Shown piece by piece: positions 14,840-30,195 of a DNA stretch of 64,000 bases. This DNA comes from the human T2T-CHM13v2.0 reference genome, Homo sapiens: the NCBI RefSeq assembly GCF_009914755.1, contig NC_060926.1, one strand, 5' to 3'. A program made the position numbers and the translations under genes. The stretch's first letter is position 1. Each line of letters starts with the position of its first letter. A model generated the notes under the pieces. It ran no database searches. It was given only the letters and a program-made list of their open reading frames with translations, and was not told the DNA's origin.

Positions 14840-17232
14840 GTGGCCTTTGAATATTTCTAAGAAAAGGTGATGACTGGTGTTGAATATTACCAAATTAATG
14901 TTAAATTTCACCTTTTGGTAACATGCCCTCAAAAATGCAGATCTCCTTTCCTTCTTTTTCTTTCTCTTCTCCCTTCGGCCACTGAACCTCAAAAGGGGAG
15001 AACAGCCCGGCTATAAGAACACATACTTCAAGGATACAAGACATTCTTCTGAGAGAATGATTCACAATGGCTACGGGTAGAGACATAGGACAATGTGTTG
15101 TCCACTAAACTACCAAGTTATTTCTAGTATGGATGTCCGCAGCAAACATACTTCTCTTTGATGGTTTATGTCAATACCACTATATCAAATAAAAAAGAAA
15201 TTCTTTTGGTAGAAGTCAAGAACTCTCATTAATCAACTTTTCCATTGTTTGCAAAAATATCAGCAATGAATAGGGTTGATTTTAGAAAATAATTACATTG
15301 TGTATCTCATGAGGCACATTTTTCCAAAAACATAATCATTCAGCCTTTTTGATGTATTGAACAAATAGCTTATTCGATGGGAAATGCTTTAACTTCATAG
15401 TGTGTGCAAAGTTCAAGGAGGTTTGGTGATAATCCTAAAAGTGCCCAGATTTCATGTTGTGTCAGAGAGGGAGCAGAGCCTGGCAGGTAGGAAAAGTACC
15501 CGTTTTCTGACTGAATGCCCAACAAGTAGGCATTCTTGGGCACCCTTTCAAGGTCAATGTTCCTACACAAGACGGTCTGCAGTTAACTTTTCTGCCTTTA
15601 TCTCTGAGTATGATTCTGTATATAGGCTATGATACAATCCTTCTTGGGTGGATTCTTGTCTTCTTTATCCCTCTATTGAAACCTCATGGCACTTTTCTTT
15701 CTGCTTTTCTTGTGGAAATTATCTTATTTCCCTTTAGATTGTATTCACTTAATACAGGCCAAATGCCTTATTGTTGTGATATCTTCTTAAATACACAGAT
15801 AGTAGCTTAATTACCTTTCTATCGTTTAGAGAGCTTAGTGTCAGAACTTGAAAATAGCAGGTGCTCCATAATTATTAAGAAATTAACTGGCTTCCCTAAA
15901 ACTTCCATATAGCATAAAATACTGGTTAAGCCTAAAATACTCTTTCTTGAGAATTTATTTGAAAATTGTTTAAAAAAAGTAACTTAAATTTTACCCATTT
16001 ATGTAGGAAGAGTCGGAAGGCATTATATAAAACTCTGTATTTTTCTTCTCACAGTATTATTTTTGGGGGAATAAATTTCAATTCAACCACGTCTCTTATA
16101 TACAAAAATGTACTTTTCAAAGAGCCATGTTTAAGTTCTGGGAGAAATGCTACTTTGGGAAATTGGAATGTATTATTAATCACATTGCTGTGGCTTCCAG
16201 TGAATGTAATTACTTACTATCTATAGCAGAATGGAACTAATTGATTAACGTTCTCCTATAAACATGCAAGCGGGCACAACAGACTCTCTGACGCCTTCAG
16301 ATATTTGGCAAACATTACAGAGTGTGCAGCCTATACACCATCCACTCTTAGCCCTCTCATTCCCTCCAATTTGATTTGAAAGACTTTTCTGAAGGGCCTG
16401 CATATTCTTGATACTTAAAAATTATATCGGCAACTAGGAAAGCACAATTGGATGGTGCCCCACCCCCCACCCCCCGTGGCCCTTGATTGTCGTCTTATCC
16501 TCCCTATAGAGAGATAACCTTATTTGAAAATAATGGCCTCTTTGCATTAGCATGATACAACACAGGCTGTTTTGAATATACAAAATAACCATCACCAAAT
16601 GCTTCATGGCCTGTTAAGATTTATATAAGACTGACTTTCTTCTTTTATGCATGCGTAAATCCCAGAATATAATTTTCAGGTCAACAAAAGGGAGATGTTT
16701 GCTTTATCGCTATTTTCTAGAAATCTCAAGTCTTTATTTCCTCCTTCTGGAAGTCAGTAAGACTACTACTGTCAATATGCGAATCATAAAACTGATCACA
16801 CAGCCTTTAAACCTCAGTTGTTATCACACAGCATCCCTGAGAAAGAGGGGAATAACTCTCATTTTAAGATGCTGAAAAATACTAAGTGTGACAAAGAGAG
16901 TAATGGGCTACATATTAAGTTTCTTTGGACCTAGACCTCAACACTTGCTGGCTTTATGGCCAATTATATTTTATTGAGGCTGTGAACAAATATGAATAAA
17001 CCTTTCATACCAGCGAGCTCATGGTAATAAAGTTAAATAGCTCATCTAGAAGCAGGTACTCAGATGAAAAAAAAAAAAGTAGAGGCTCACATTTCATGGT
17101 ATCAGGGATAAAGGAGGCGGGAATTACACATGTTTGCAAACCCCTTCAGTTTAAAACATTGTAGCTGCTAAAACAAGAGTACATGAAACGACACTGTCCA
17201 TTGTTCATGGAATATCAGGACCAAATGGATAA

Positions 17233-17550
<318 letters not shown>

Positions 17551-20500
17551 GGCCTATCCTCTAGTCTTATCTGGTGTTAAAATGTTTACCCTCAGATGTC
17601 TTAATGATCTCCATAATAAGTAAAATTTCAGGTTTTTGCCCAATGTCTTGGCATTGGGTAGGTCAACCCCAAAGTATGATTTTATAATCAGGTTTCTGAA
17701 GTTGCCACTTTACTTGGTGACTATGACTGAAGTACGTTATAATAGCCAGTACAATAGGCCTCCTTACCAAATCGCACCAGGAAATTAAGCCTCAAACTGG
17801 CTCTGTGTTGTGTGTACTACACCATGATCATGTTTAATTTTCTAATTAGAAAGACCTTCTCTTAATGAGTCAGATGTTAAGAGTCATGGAAATCCATATT
17901 GTAAAAAAAAAAAACCACATATATGTAGTTGTTAATAATGGTTTTCTGTAGGGATCTGAGAGGAGTGTGGGACTATAGGGAAGAAGTTTTAAAAAAATGA
18001 CCTCAAATGTTTTCAATTTTTATTTTATACTGGTATGCAGTATTTATATTTTTCTCATAGTATATACTTCTTTTACAATTTAAAAATATATAAAAAGAAA
18101 AAATGGAGAGGCTTTACTCTGTCTTGATTTTTTATACTTCTGCAACTGCAGTTTTCTGATACTTATTCATTATGTATTTTGGGAAAACATCTAAATGGAA
18201 ATCACGAGCTGAATTTTGAACTGAGTCCTCTAAATCTAAACTTTTGAACATAGAGTAAGATAACCATTTGGAGAAAAAAACAATGTTAAATTTAAGCCAT
18301 GATTATGATCGTAAAAGGGAGCACTTGCTGAGAAATCAAGTATGTGTGAAACAAACATGGCAAGGAGAGAGCTAACAGAAAATGGTATGTTCAGTATTTT
18401 TGCTGACCGAAATAATTCCCATGTGGTATTTTAAAAAGAGCGCCAGAAAATGACCTCCCGGAACTAAGAATAGTTTAAACTTTTGATTCATAAAACCACA
18501 GGAAATATGAATCAAGGAAAAAGACAATCCCAGGCAGGGCAGGTGTGGGGCCTGAGGAAGCTCAACCCCACACAACAGTTCTCATCTCCTGCAACCTCCC
18601 CAGCCCCTCTCCCTAATTTCCCACTTCAATGACTGCCCTTTGGCACATAGCTGCTTTTAATCCACTTGGTATTGAGTATTTGGGATTTGGAATTCTGTGT
18701 AAAATGGTGATAATTTGATATTTACTGCTAGAAGGTGAGCGATCAAATGAGACAGCTGCTAAAATTTATGAATTCTATAACAATAATTTCAAATCCTTAC
18801 TGCTTTTACCTTCCCAAGATTCTAAAATGACAGATTCAGTCCTAACTGACTAAGATACTAGATTATTTTTCCATACATACAAGGTCAATTTAAAAATCTG
18901 GTTACCAGGTTAATGGATGTAACATCATAAACGAGTCTTTATCCAGCTACATAGCTACATGGTATGTGCACATGCAAACATTTATAGTGCATCTATGGAT
19001 ATGAATAGGGCTGAATGTTTAAAGGCAACACAAGGTGTGAACGTCTCTTTAACTGACTGTAACTCAAACAGAGCCACAGACAGACACACACTTAGAACTA
19101 CCCCCTACACTTCAACCAAACAGAGGCAGAAGATTGGGAAGGTGAACTCAATGTAGGGCTTGCCAAATCCAGGAAATAAGGAGGGCTGCAGAGAGGCACA
19201 GTGTCTTCTGCGGAACCCCAGGGCAAAGCTGTTCAGCTGTGATTTTTTTTCTACTTTTTGGCGGTCTCAGTTTGAAATTAGGCTCCTGGCTTTTGCCAAG
19301 GAAGTGTTAAAAATGTGCACTTGTGTGAAGCAGCAGCAGTCCTCTCAAATGGGGGTACCAGATTTCTCTGGTTACTTTTTAACTCACTCAGTGATGATAT
19401 CACTCCACAATCCTAACGTTTCTCCTTTCAATCTCCACCCTTAAGAAAGTCATCTAACGTCTTGGTGTTCTTTAATGACCTTAACCACATCTGTAGCGAA
19501 CATCTTCTAAGAACAGATCTGAAAAGCTTCTGTAGGTGAACTTGGGTGATTCCAAAGGTCCTTACGGTTTTGTGATGAACACATATATGGTTCATCATTT
19601 CTTTTTGTTATAGTTGTGCAAAAAGAAGACGAATTTGTGATGAGACTTTTTATTCCCCACTTCTTTGCAAATGAGTCCTCCAGGGCTGTTCACTGGTTCA
19701 TTTGCCTGGAGGTCAAAACAAAAGCCTCCGATGCCCATCATGCCAGCCCCTGAAGATGTGATACTACCCCAGTTCTATTAATCACAGATTTGCTATGCTT
19801 CACTCAATTTTCAGAGCTAAAAGGAAGAAATAGATGCATGTAATCTTTAACTTGAAACCCATCAGCATTCTTTTCAACAGCATGGGCAAAAATGAGACAA
19901 AATAGGATGGCCACTATGAAAGAACCAACATCTTTAAGGAAATAAAAACCAGAGTGGAGGATGACACAGACTGAAGTGTCACCTTTAGAGTGACAGAAAA
20001 GCAGGCCGGTTTTAAAGCAAACCTTTAAACAGTCCCCTTTAACAACCACAGGCCACTTTAGTTTCATGCTTAATTTCTTTCCCTGCTCGAGGAGCCTCTT
20101 CCTTGTCTACATCTCTCCTTGTCCTTGATCCCTTTCTCTGCCTTTTGGCTCACTCATTTCCCCCAGTGGCTTTCATTTGGGGAATATCATTGGGTTCACT
20201 GGCTTTTTCACTGAGTCGTCTTTTTGAGCAACTCTGTTCACCTGATGAGTGTTCTATTTAATATTCTAGTTTCCTTATTAGTGGAGAACTGAAGGGTAGT
20301 CATGTGTGTCAAAACGTCTCCCCAGAATTAATCCAATCTAATAAACAGTATGTTTCTACTTGTAGAAGTAATTACTTAAATTTCTATGATGCAGGTGGGC
20401 AGCAGGTATTTTCCTCATTTTACAGATTAAAAAGAGGTGCAGTCCCTCAGTGATCCAGGCACTGTGATCAGTGTTTTTACTCAGTTTTCATTTAGATCAT

Positions 20501-21439
20501 CACCAACAGCTTTGTGAGGAATCCCCACCATGCTGCAAATAAGGACACTGAGGCTCAGGGAACTCAGGGAATTATCCGAAGTCCTACAGTTCTCAAAAGG
20601 CACAACAAGCCTGATATCAATACCCAGATTTTGTCATTATATGATTCTGTTTCTGTTCTAGCACGACATTTCCGGATTCAGACTTCTGCAACATGACAGA
20701 GATAGATGTCTGTTCCCAAAATAGAATTCTATAAACCCTTCAATCCGAAGAGATTACAACAAAGTGATTTTCCCTTTTTTTCTCTTTGTTGTCTCTGCCG
20801 TGGGACCCATGAGCCCCCACAGTTGCATTCTGTATCTCCACAGCATCTGTTCTGCTCATAGCTTTACTCTACAGATTAACTTGAACTCATTATCTCTGTA
20901 TTTAATCCTTAAAGAAAAGTCAAAAAACTAGTTTGGAGCAAGAATCCCTATGACAGAATTGGCTTTCATCTCCAAATGGATTTATTCCTCTAAGATAACC
21001 AGAAACTGGATAGGATTTGCTATGCTATTGACATTACTTTGTATTTTGTAGCTAGCATCTATGTAGTTTCACTTAAAATTCTGCACATACCTTGGAACTA
21101 TAGCTCATTATTTCTGGATTAAGAGGAGGAAATACCATGTAGTTAAAAAGAATGTGGGTCTCATCATTTTGAGACCTGAACAAATACCCTTGCTCTGCCA
21201 GCAACTTTGTAGAAGCTACAGATAAGTCAATTTACCTGTTTGGGCCTGGATTTCATCTTCCAGTGAGGCAGCTGGATTCTATAATATCAAATTTCTAACA
21301 TTTTATTCTATATAATCTATATTAAAAACCCTGACTTTTAAAGAGAAGTACCATTTGAGCAGAATAATGCCACTGTATTATTGGATATTGAACAGAAAAA
21401 TGCCACTGCAAGAGATCCCAGACCTGAGTCAACAGAGAC

Positions 21440-21650
21440 ACGGAGGGCAGGAAGGTGCAGTGGGAAGAGGGTGTGGTTGGGTTGCAAGAGGGGAGGGGAG
21501 GTGGGTGGAGTGAAAGAAGTGGGCATGGCCAGATTGCAGGTGAAGAGAGGAGAGGAGGTGGGTGGAATGGGAGGAATGGGCGCGGTTGCACTGTAGCAGG
21601 GTGTGAAGTGAAAGAGGTGGGTGTGGCTGGGCTTGCAGGGAAGGTGGCAG
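21440..21650 (+). repeat. G/purine-rich low-complexity tract
   Basis: Six or more GGG runs within 21462-21505; source of spurious Pro/Gly ORFs. Confidence 0.75.
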
Positions 21651-21719
21651 GTACACATTTGCCTAGGGCCACACCGGATGGGTGACTTTGGACAAATGCA
21701 GTAATAGCTACACCTCATA

Positions 21720-22228
21720 GTTCAATGCAGCCACCACTAGCCATAAGTGGCTATGAAGTCCTTGAAAGGTGGTTAGTGTGACAAAGAAACTAAATCTTTA
21801 ATTTTACTTAATTTTATTTAACTTTGATTTAACTTTAAGAATTGATTATTTTATCTAGTAACTGGAAAACATTTAACTAGTTTTGGAGAAACTTTGGAAT
21901 ATGAATTTACTCTTTCAACTATAAATTTTATGAAATCTGAATACTGAACAAATATTTGTGATTAAAGATTTAGCATCCAAATTGAAATGTGTTATATGTA
22001 TAAATGTACACCACATTTTGAAGATTTGGCGTGAAAAAAACTATGAAGTATTGTAATAATTTTTATATTGATTACATGCCAACATAATAATAGTTTGGAT
22101 ATATAGGTTTAAAGAAAATATATTATTAAAACTAACTTAATATGCTTTTTTTCTTTTTCAAATATGGCCCCTAGAAAATTCAAAATTACATATGTGGCTT
22201 ATGTTATATTTCAATTGGTCAGAGCTAC
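21720..22228. mobile_element. hAT-Charlie (Charlie1/MER33 family) remnant
   Basis: ccactagccataagtggcta...ctagaaaattcaaaattacatatgtggctt...ttggtcagagct. Confidence 0.75.
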
Positions 22229-23294
22229 TCCGTGTGCTTTAATTTCTTCCTTAACTATATTGGAACAAAAATCACAATATCCTTCAGAGGGACTGTGGCA
22301 ACAAATAAAGAATACTGTGCAAAGTTTGTAGCAAAGTGACTATCAGAATTGGAAGTGCTCAGCAAAGAACTATTATTTTTGGACATTATTTCCATGTTCA
22401 CTTCCTCCAATTATTCATAAAGCAGAATTTTAAGGTAATCTGTGGGTTACTCAGTTCTCATAAAGTGTATGAAAGCAAAGAAGGCCCTTGATTACCCAGT
22501 GACCAATATTAAGGATGCAGATAATCTACCAAATGAATCCATATTCTTTCCACCTAACAGATTCCTACTTTCTACCTTTATGACCCATAAGATATGGCTT
22601 GCATTCATTCATTCATCAAACCTTTGATTGAGTACCTATTGGTAGAAGAATCAAGATGCTGTAATTTTGCATTCTTAAGTTTCTTAATGATTACAAATCT
22701 GTAATAAAAAATCTACTCACAATTAAAAACACTGAGATAACTTTAAAATTACAAATGAGATACAATCTATTCTCCATCTCTAAATTAGTAAGTTCAGTTG
22801 TACCTACTGAACTTAAAATGCATTCTCTCTCACCTGATTTTCGACTTTTCTTTATGATTGTGGTGGTTTTAAATCCTAAACATTCAAGCTTTTGTTCCTT
22901 ATAATTTTTAAATTTGGCACAATTTGAGAATGACAAAGTTGAAATTAAATGGTTAATTTCAGTTGTATTAAAGGCTGCAACATTCCTTTAATAAATGATG
23001 AAAGGAAAACAGAAGAAACTGAAAGTTAAATTTCGGAAAACTGGCAATTAGTGGATAACACAGAAGAGAACTCAAATAAACTTATGTTCTTTGAATAATC
23101 TATTTGTGTGAATAATCTATTCAATAAGTATTTCAGTGCTCTCATAAATAAGCTAACTTTGAATTTCCATTTTTACACATTTTATGAAGCACAAAGTAAG
23201 TTTCTGCTTAACAGATTCTTTTTTCTATAACAATTCTTTAAAGTAAATTAAGTTTGTAAATTTTTCTTTGTTTCAATAAGACAATATACACAAT

Positions 23295-24040
23295 AATAAT
23301 AGCTAAAACTTAGTGAATTCTTAGCAAGTGCCAGGCACTCTTACAGGCCCTTTACTTGAATTCACTCAGTGAATCCTTAAACAACCCTGATAGATAGTAT
23401 GGTAGGCAGAACAACAGCCCCTTAACAACGTACATGTCCTAATCCCCAGAACCTGTGCCTATGTCATTTACACAGCAGAGGGTAATCCAGGCTGTAGATG
23501 GGAATCAGCTAACCTAGAGATGGGAGAGGAGCGTGGATCAGCCAGGTGGGGCCAATGTAATCACAGGGGTCCTTACGAGTGAAAGAGGAAGGTGGGAGAG
23601 TCAGAGATCAGAGTCGGAGAGTCGCTGGAAGACACTATGCTTCTGGCTTTGAAGATGAACCAGGACCACAAACCAAGGAATGTGGGCAGCCTCTAGAACT
23701 TGGAAAAGGCAAGGAAACAGATTCTCCCCTAGCACCCCGAGAAAGGAATGCAGCTCTGCCAATTTTAGCCCAGTGAGATCCGTTTCAGATTTCTGATCTC
23801 CAGAAATGTAATACACGTGTTTTAACTGTAAGACAATATGTGTGTTGTTTAAAACTAAGTTCGTGGTCATTTATTACAGCAGAAATAGGAAACTAAGGCA
23901 GATAGGCACCCTCACGACTCTCATTTTACAGACAGGGAAGCCAAGGTATACAGAATTTAAATAGCTGACCCAGAGATCACACTGCCAGCAAGTGCTTTGG
24001 CAAGTGACTCAGACCCACACACCCTGGTTCCTCACCCATG
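23295..24040 (-). mobile_element. MIR interrupted by MLT1D
   Basis: gtgccaggcact...acaaccctga left of the LTR; cattttacagacagggaagccaagg right of it. Confidence 0.75.
23398..23900 (+). mobile_element. MLT1D solo LTR (ERVL-MaLR)
   Basis: gccaatgtaatcacaggggtcctta and gaaaaggcaaggaaacagattctcccctag; 5-bp TSD GATAG at 23393 and 23901. Confidence 0.88.
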
Positions 24041-24964
24041 GCAATGCAATGTAAATCAGGGCTGGCATGTGGCATTTTCTCATGTGGTTTCTGGGTACAG
24101 AGGTTTTTCTGTTTCTTCTTAGCATCTATTTATTCTCCAGGTCTCAGCTGCATTGCCACTGCCTTAGGGGAGGCCTTCCCTGACTGATTTGAGGAGGTGC
24201 GATGTCCAAAGGATGCAGTTTTAAGGTAAGGTAGAATGCAATTCTCAGGGAAGTACTTATCATGATTACAATTTTCCATTTGTTTGAGCTCTGTGTCTGC
24301 CACCAAACTGTAAGTGCAGGGCAGCAGCAGTCTATTGTCATCTGTGCCTACCAAATGCAAGGTGCAATTGTCTCAGTTGTTTATTGAGTTTCTGATGTTT
24401 AGACAATCTAACCATGACAAACTCACTGCATGCAAATTGAATGTATTGGGCATGGTCTTAAAAACTAAAATACGTTCCAGCAGAATGAAATAGATTTGGA
24501 AAAATGAATTTCAAAAACCCTAAGCTTTAGCCCCTATCAGAGTAAATCAGTTCCATGAAAATAAAATCTGAGAATAAAACAGCTATCCACAAGAAACTTA
24601 TTGAAGGCTGACAAAAATACTGTATTTATATCTGGTTTGCCAAAAGACACATTATATCCTCAACTGTATTACTCAGTTTTCACAAAGTTTTATTATATTG
24701 AAGCCTGGCGTTTAGAGAAAATCCTAAAAACTACTCTTCTAGAAGGCAAAGAAACAAAACCCCAAACAAGCATACCAGTTTTTTTCTATATTTGATTATG
24801 TTTTAAAAATTAACAGACGTTTTATTAGCAGTAATTTGTTGGAGTCTATACTTTTTCTAGCCATAAAACTACATGTTTTTACTTGGTAATATGATGTTTT
24901 TCATCTCCACAGTATGATTTCCCCCAAAACACGTACATCCACTAAAGGTATAATGTTCTCTCTC

Positions 24965-25120
24965 TATATATCATATATATTATATATATAATATATATAT
25001 ATTATATATATTATATATATAATATATATATATTATATATATTATATATATAATATATATATATTATATATAACATATACACACACGTATATATGAGTAT
25101 ATATACGTGTGTGTGTGATA
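24965..25120. repeat. AT-only 31-bp minisatellite (three copies) plus a 16-bp perfect inverted repeat
   Basis: AA phase breaks at 24990, 25021 and 25052; arms 25079-25094 and 25099-25114. Confidence 0.9.
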
Positions 25121-26360
25121 TGTATTTATCTATAGCTCTATCTACATATAGTTGAATTTGCTTTGTTTTTGGTATAAGTTTCTATGTATCACCTCCCCCA
25201 ATCACCACACCGATACTTGGTTTTCCGATTTTCTTTATCACTGTGTTGGTTTTAGATTTTAAGCTGTTTTGATTTTTCTTTTTAGACACTGTGTATTTTT
25301 TCTTTGCTTCTAATCATTTCTAAATTTGGTACAATTTGGAGAATTAAAAAGATGCAAGATTATCTGAACAAGATGATACAGGGCGTAATTGGAGTTTAGT
25401 AAGCCTTTACCTCGAAGATTTATGTTGCTAATTACTAAGGCTCTCATTACATTCAATTAATTCTCATACCCAGAGAGAAGCCATTCAATTCATTTGTCCA
25501 TTTTCTGTGGCTTTGGGATGCAACTCAAAATTAGTTCACAAGGGAAAATACCTCCAAAGATTCTATGTGCTTTAAAGCTCCATGTTATACCCATTTATGG
25601 TAGACTGTTTAAACTCATACTCCATGACACAGGCTTTCTTTCCCAGGGGAATCTGATAATATTCATATATTCAAGATTCAACCTCACTGAAATGAAATAG
25701 AAACATTAGCTCAGGATTTAGAGATTCTGGAAATTGTTTCTTCTTCATACATATACTGAAAAAGATGAAACTGGGCAAAACATGTTAACATTCTTTGATA
25801 ATAAAACTTTGTTAGGTTAGAATATTTACTATAGGGATAAGAAGAGAGTCAATTTATTTCCTTTGGAGTAGTTTCCATAGTTTCCATAGTATGTCCCTCT
25901 CTGGTCCTGATTGTATTCATAGGACACAAATTAAACAAATGTATGTTCCAAAGATATGGAATTACTGTTTTCATAAATAATTCATTTCCTTCATTTAACT
26001 TGCTTCCTTATATGAGGTTCTCAAAGTACTTGAGCAGGAAAGAAGAATTATTGTCTTCTACAAGTGGGGGACCCGAATGTGGGGATTTGCTGAAGGTCAA
26101 AAAGCAAATCAAGTAGAAGCTTGATAACACCCTCACTGGCCTCTCTTGTTCACTGTACCACCTTTTTTTGGGTGTGGAACAAATACAGTGAAATCCTAAT
26201 GTAAATCACCTCCCTATATTGCTGAGTGAGTTACCCAGGGGATACAATGAATTCTGACCAGCATACTGTGGATTTCTTATAAGCCATGTGAGCCTGCCGA
26301 CCTGCAAGACTCCATCGCTTTATAATGTGAATTAGTTTACAATGTGATTCTACGAAAGTC

Positions 26361-26650
26361 ACAGGAACAGAAAACCAAACACCACATGTTCTCACTCATA
26401 AGTGGGAGTTGAACAATGAGAACACATGGACACAGGGAGGGGAACATCACACACCAGGGCCTGTTGAGGGGTGGGGGGAAAGGGGAGGGAGAGCATTAGG
26501 AAAAACACTTAATGCATGCAGGGCTTAAAACCTAGATGATGGGTTGATAGGTGCAGCAAACCACCATGGCACATGTATACCTGTGTAACAAACCTGCACG
26601 TTCTGCACATGCATCCCAGAACTTAAAGTAAAATAATAATAATTTAAAAA
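26361..26650 (+). mobile_element. 5'-truncated L1PA (about PA8-PA10) 3' end
   Basis: atgttctcactcataagtgggagttgaacaatgagaacacatgg...cccagaacttaaagta; short TSD aaagtca. Confidence 0.9.
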
Positions 26651-26968
26651 GTCAATATTCTGGTGCTTCCAACAGACAGGACAGATAATAGTCCCCATTT
26701 AGCCAACTAGGAGAAATGAGTCAGCATGTCTAGGTTATCTGGGCTTTTATTAATATTAAGTGACAGACTTGAGACTCTGACTTGAAATCTAGAGTTTCTC
26801 AATCATAGTAGTTCTCAGACCCTCAGGTGAACAACAGGTACCCAGGGAAAAAACCAAGTTCCCTGGTATCTTGTCGGGGATAACAGAAAATACGCTGTAG
26901 AGGTCAAAGTTAATTAAAAAAAAAAAAAAAAAGGTTCCTTTGTGGTTGAGGCCACGTCATTCACCAGA

Positions 26969-27189
26969 CAGGGGTCAGTAAGCATTTTCTGTAAATGGTC
27001 AGAATACTTTAGGCTTGGTGGGCCATATATGGTCTCTGTATCTTTTGCCCTATGCCACCCTCTTCCTCCTTCTTTTGTTTTTGGTTTTGTTTTGTAACAT
27101 TTAAAACTGTGAAAATCATTCTTAGCTCAAGCACTGTATGGCTGCAGGCAGATTTTGACCCACAAACTGTATAGTTAATCAGAGTGCTG
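26969..27189. mobile_element. MER58-like hAT MITE
   Basis: caggggtcagtaagcattttctgtaaa...tttaggcttggtgggccatatatggtctctg...aaaatcattcttagctc. Confidence 0.75.
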
Positions 27190-28385
27190 GACCGAGCAAA
27201 TTCTGAAGCACCAACAGAGAGGACTTGTCAGGGAGGTCTTGGAGCAGTAACTGCAATTCCCTTACTCAGAAATGTTTGCCATATAAGTGCACACATCCTT
27301 GACTCACAGAAGAGATTTCACCTTCCCAACTCACCGCAAATTTAGGCTATTGTTAATTTCCTGCCTTAGACGAAAATTCAAGACAAAGCCATATTTGGCT
27401 TGCTGTATATGCTAGATCTTTGGCAGTCCTAAATTTAAATGTTATGGTTTCTACTATTTCAGAGAAACCCCAGAATGTTCATGGATTTTAAAGTTTTTTT
27501 TCACTTTTGAGTTGAGACCTGTGAATCTGGTGTGTGGGTATTGGTCATATAACCAAAGTGAGACTAGTAGCCTGACCAACACTTGCTTTTCTTTCTCCTC
27601 TTGTGCCACCTCTAAACTCCAAAGTGTGAACAGAAAAACATTCTCTTTCGGGGGAAGGGGAAAGAAAAAGACTTAAAATGAAGCTAACTTCTGGGGTTGG
27701 TGATGAGTAAATGACATAGGAAATAATAGACATTAACCAGAAAATAGTAAATCTACATAAATTGAATTAGTGTCTGAGAACTTTAAGAAAATATGCTATA
27801 AAGGAAGTAAAAAAAAATTATGAAAGTTTCTGTTAATTCTCCCACCAAAAAGTTTTTTTGAGTGAGAGATAAAATTAAAGCTTTAAAGGAATTTCTTCAT
27901 TTTTTCCCCGTTAAACTTGACTGCATCGTAACAGGCCATTGTAATGGTCTCAGATGTCAGGATTCATGTGTTTCTTTTAAATAAGAATCTACATTAGTTA
28001 ATTTTGATATTTAGCAATTTCTCTCCACTTTGGACTATATAGGCTAGACTACAATTATGCCAGCCCAAATCTTATCTCTGCACAAAGATTCAGAACCTAG
28101 ACCACAGGAATGAGACTCTGATACAACTTCCATTATGAAGTTTTGAATGCCAAAGCCTTCTGAAGGGTATCAATATTCAAAGCCTTGTATTTATCCTGGC
28201 AACTTTCTTCATCCTTAACTCACTCTTGGACATTTCAATTAAGAGTTAAGTGGGCATCTTTATCAACTGAATTTTGCATATTAGTGACAACTGCTTAAAA
28301 ATATCAAATAATCAACAGATCCCTATTTAGCTTCGATGTAAAAGGCTTTGGGCTGGGTACTAATGGAGCAAGAAGGAAGCTTAGA

Positions 28386-28726
<341 letters not shown>

Positions 28727-28979
28727 TTAATTAGGAAGCGATTGCTCTGGTAGATGGAATTTCCTGTCTACCAGTGAGATAAGAAAAATATGTGATCAGC
28801 AAGTAAATAAACAATTATACATTCAAGTAAATAGGCAGAGATGTGTTAGAAGGTAATGCATGATTAACTTTCAAATGGATTTATACACTATAAATATTAT
28901 AGGAGATTAGAAGAGAGAAAGATCATTTATCAATCGGTTATTGATGTTTACATTGGGCTAGGCTTTACTCCTCTTTATA

Positions 28980-29990
28980 TAGTTCCTTGAAACTCCAGAC
29001 ATATATGCAACTTCCTACTTGACATCTCCATCTATAGACCTAACAGGGATTTCAAACTCAGCATCCTTAGGGTGAGCTTAGATTCTGTCTCCAAACTTTC
29101 CACTTCTGTGTTCTTTATCTGAATGGCAACTTGGTTCTTCTGGATATTCAGGCCATAACAAGCACAGTCAACTCTGACACCTTTTCCTTTCCCACACTTT
29201 ATATTCAATCCATAGGCAAACTCTATTGGTTCTACTTTTGAAATCTATCCAGAATCTGACTACTTTTCACAGCCTCAACAACTACCATCCAGGTCTTTGG
29301 GATCATTGCAACCGCTTCCTAATTAATGGTCTCCCTGCTTTGACCCTTGACCCTCTATGGCCAGAGATCCTGTTACTTCCCTGCTTCAGGACCTCCCAGT
29401 TAGTGGGGTTATAGTTAATATAACACTCACTAGTTACCAGTCAGTGTTTTAAGCAATTTGTACCTATTAACATACTGAATTCTCACAATAACCTTACACC
29501 GGTAGGTACTGTTACTTTTTACATTTTATCAATGAAGACACAAAGACACAAGGAGGACAAGTCATTCATCAAGATCACACAGCTAGTGAGTGGCAGAGAT
29601 ACAACTCAAACCCTGACATTCTGGCTCCATGGCCCAGGCTCTTAACCTCTGGGCCTGCTTCTTCCAGTGGCTTCCTTTCTCACTTGGAAAAAGCCTAGGT
29701 CTTCCTGCCAGCTGTGTGCCTGACATGATCTGACCCCATTGCCTCCCTGACCTTGCCTTCTACGACCCACTCCTTGGCTCATCTGGACACACTGGCCTCC
29801 TTTCTGTTCTTCTAACACTCCAGGCTTCTTCCCACATTAGGGCCTTTCGCCTTGGCGGGTCCTTCTGCATAAGGCATTTCCCTGCTGAAAGTGGCATGGG
29901 TCATTCCTTTGACTCCTTAGGGTCTTTCCTCAAATGTCACTTTTCAGTTAGGATGTCCCTGATCACATCCCTATTGAACGTCTTACCGTT
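28980..29990 (+). mobile_element. LINE-2 with nested MIR (about 29410-29655, minus)
   Basis: ctacttgacatctccatct, aaatctatccagaatctgactactt, cacactggcctcctttctgttct, ctcaaatgtcacttt. Confidence 0.8.
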
Positions 29991-29999
29991 ACATCCCGG

Positions 30000-30195
30000 C
30001 ACTTTTCTAAGCACTTAACACTTACTTTATCAAACCCATACAACTGCTCTAATTTGATAAAATTTCTATCCTCATTTTATAGGAGAGGAAAAGAGACACA
30101 GAGATGTTAAACAGCATGCCCAAGGTCACACAGCTGATAAGTGATGAAGTCAGGATTCCAACCTAGGTGTTCTGGCTCCAGAGTCTGTGATCTTA
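30000..30195 (-). mobile_element. MIR SINE
   Basis: cctcattttataggagaggaaa...gcccaaggtcacacagctgataagtg. Confidence 0.8.

Noticed and set aside
21322-21718. Five overlapping Pro/Gly-rich ORFs
   Set aside because: G-rich low-complexity sequence that lacks stop codons.
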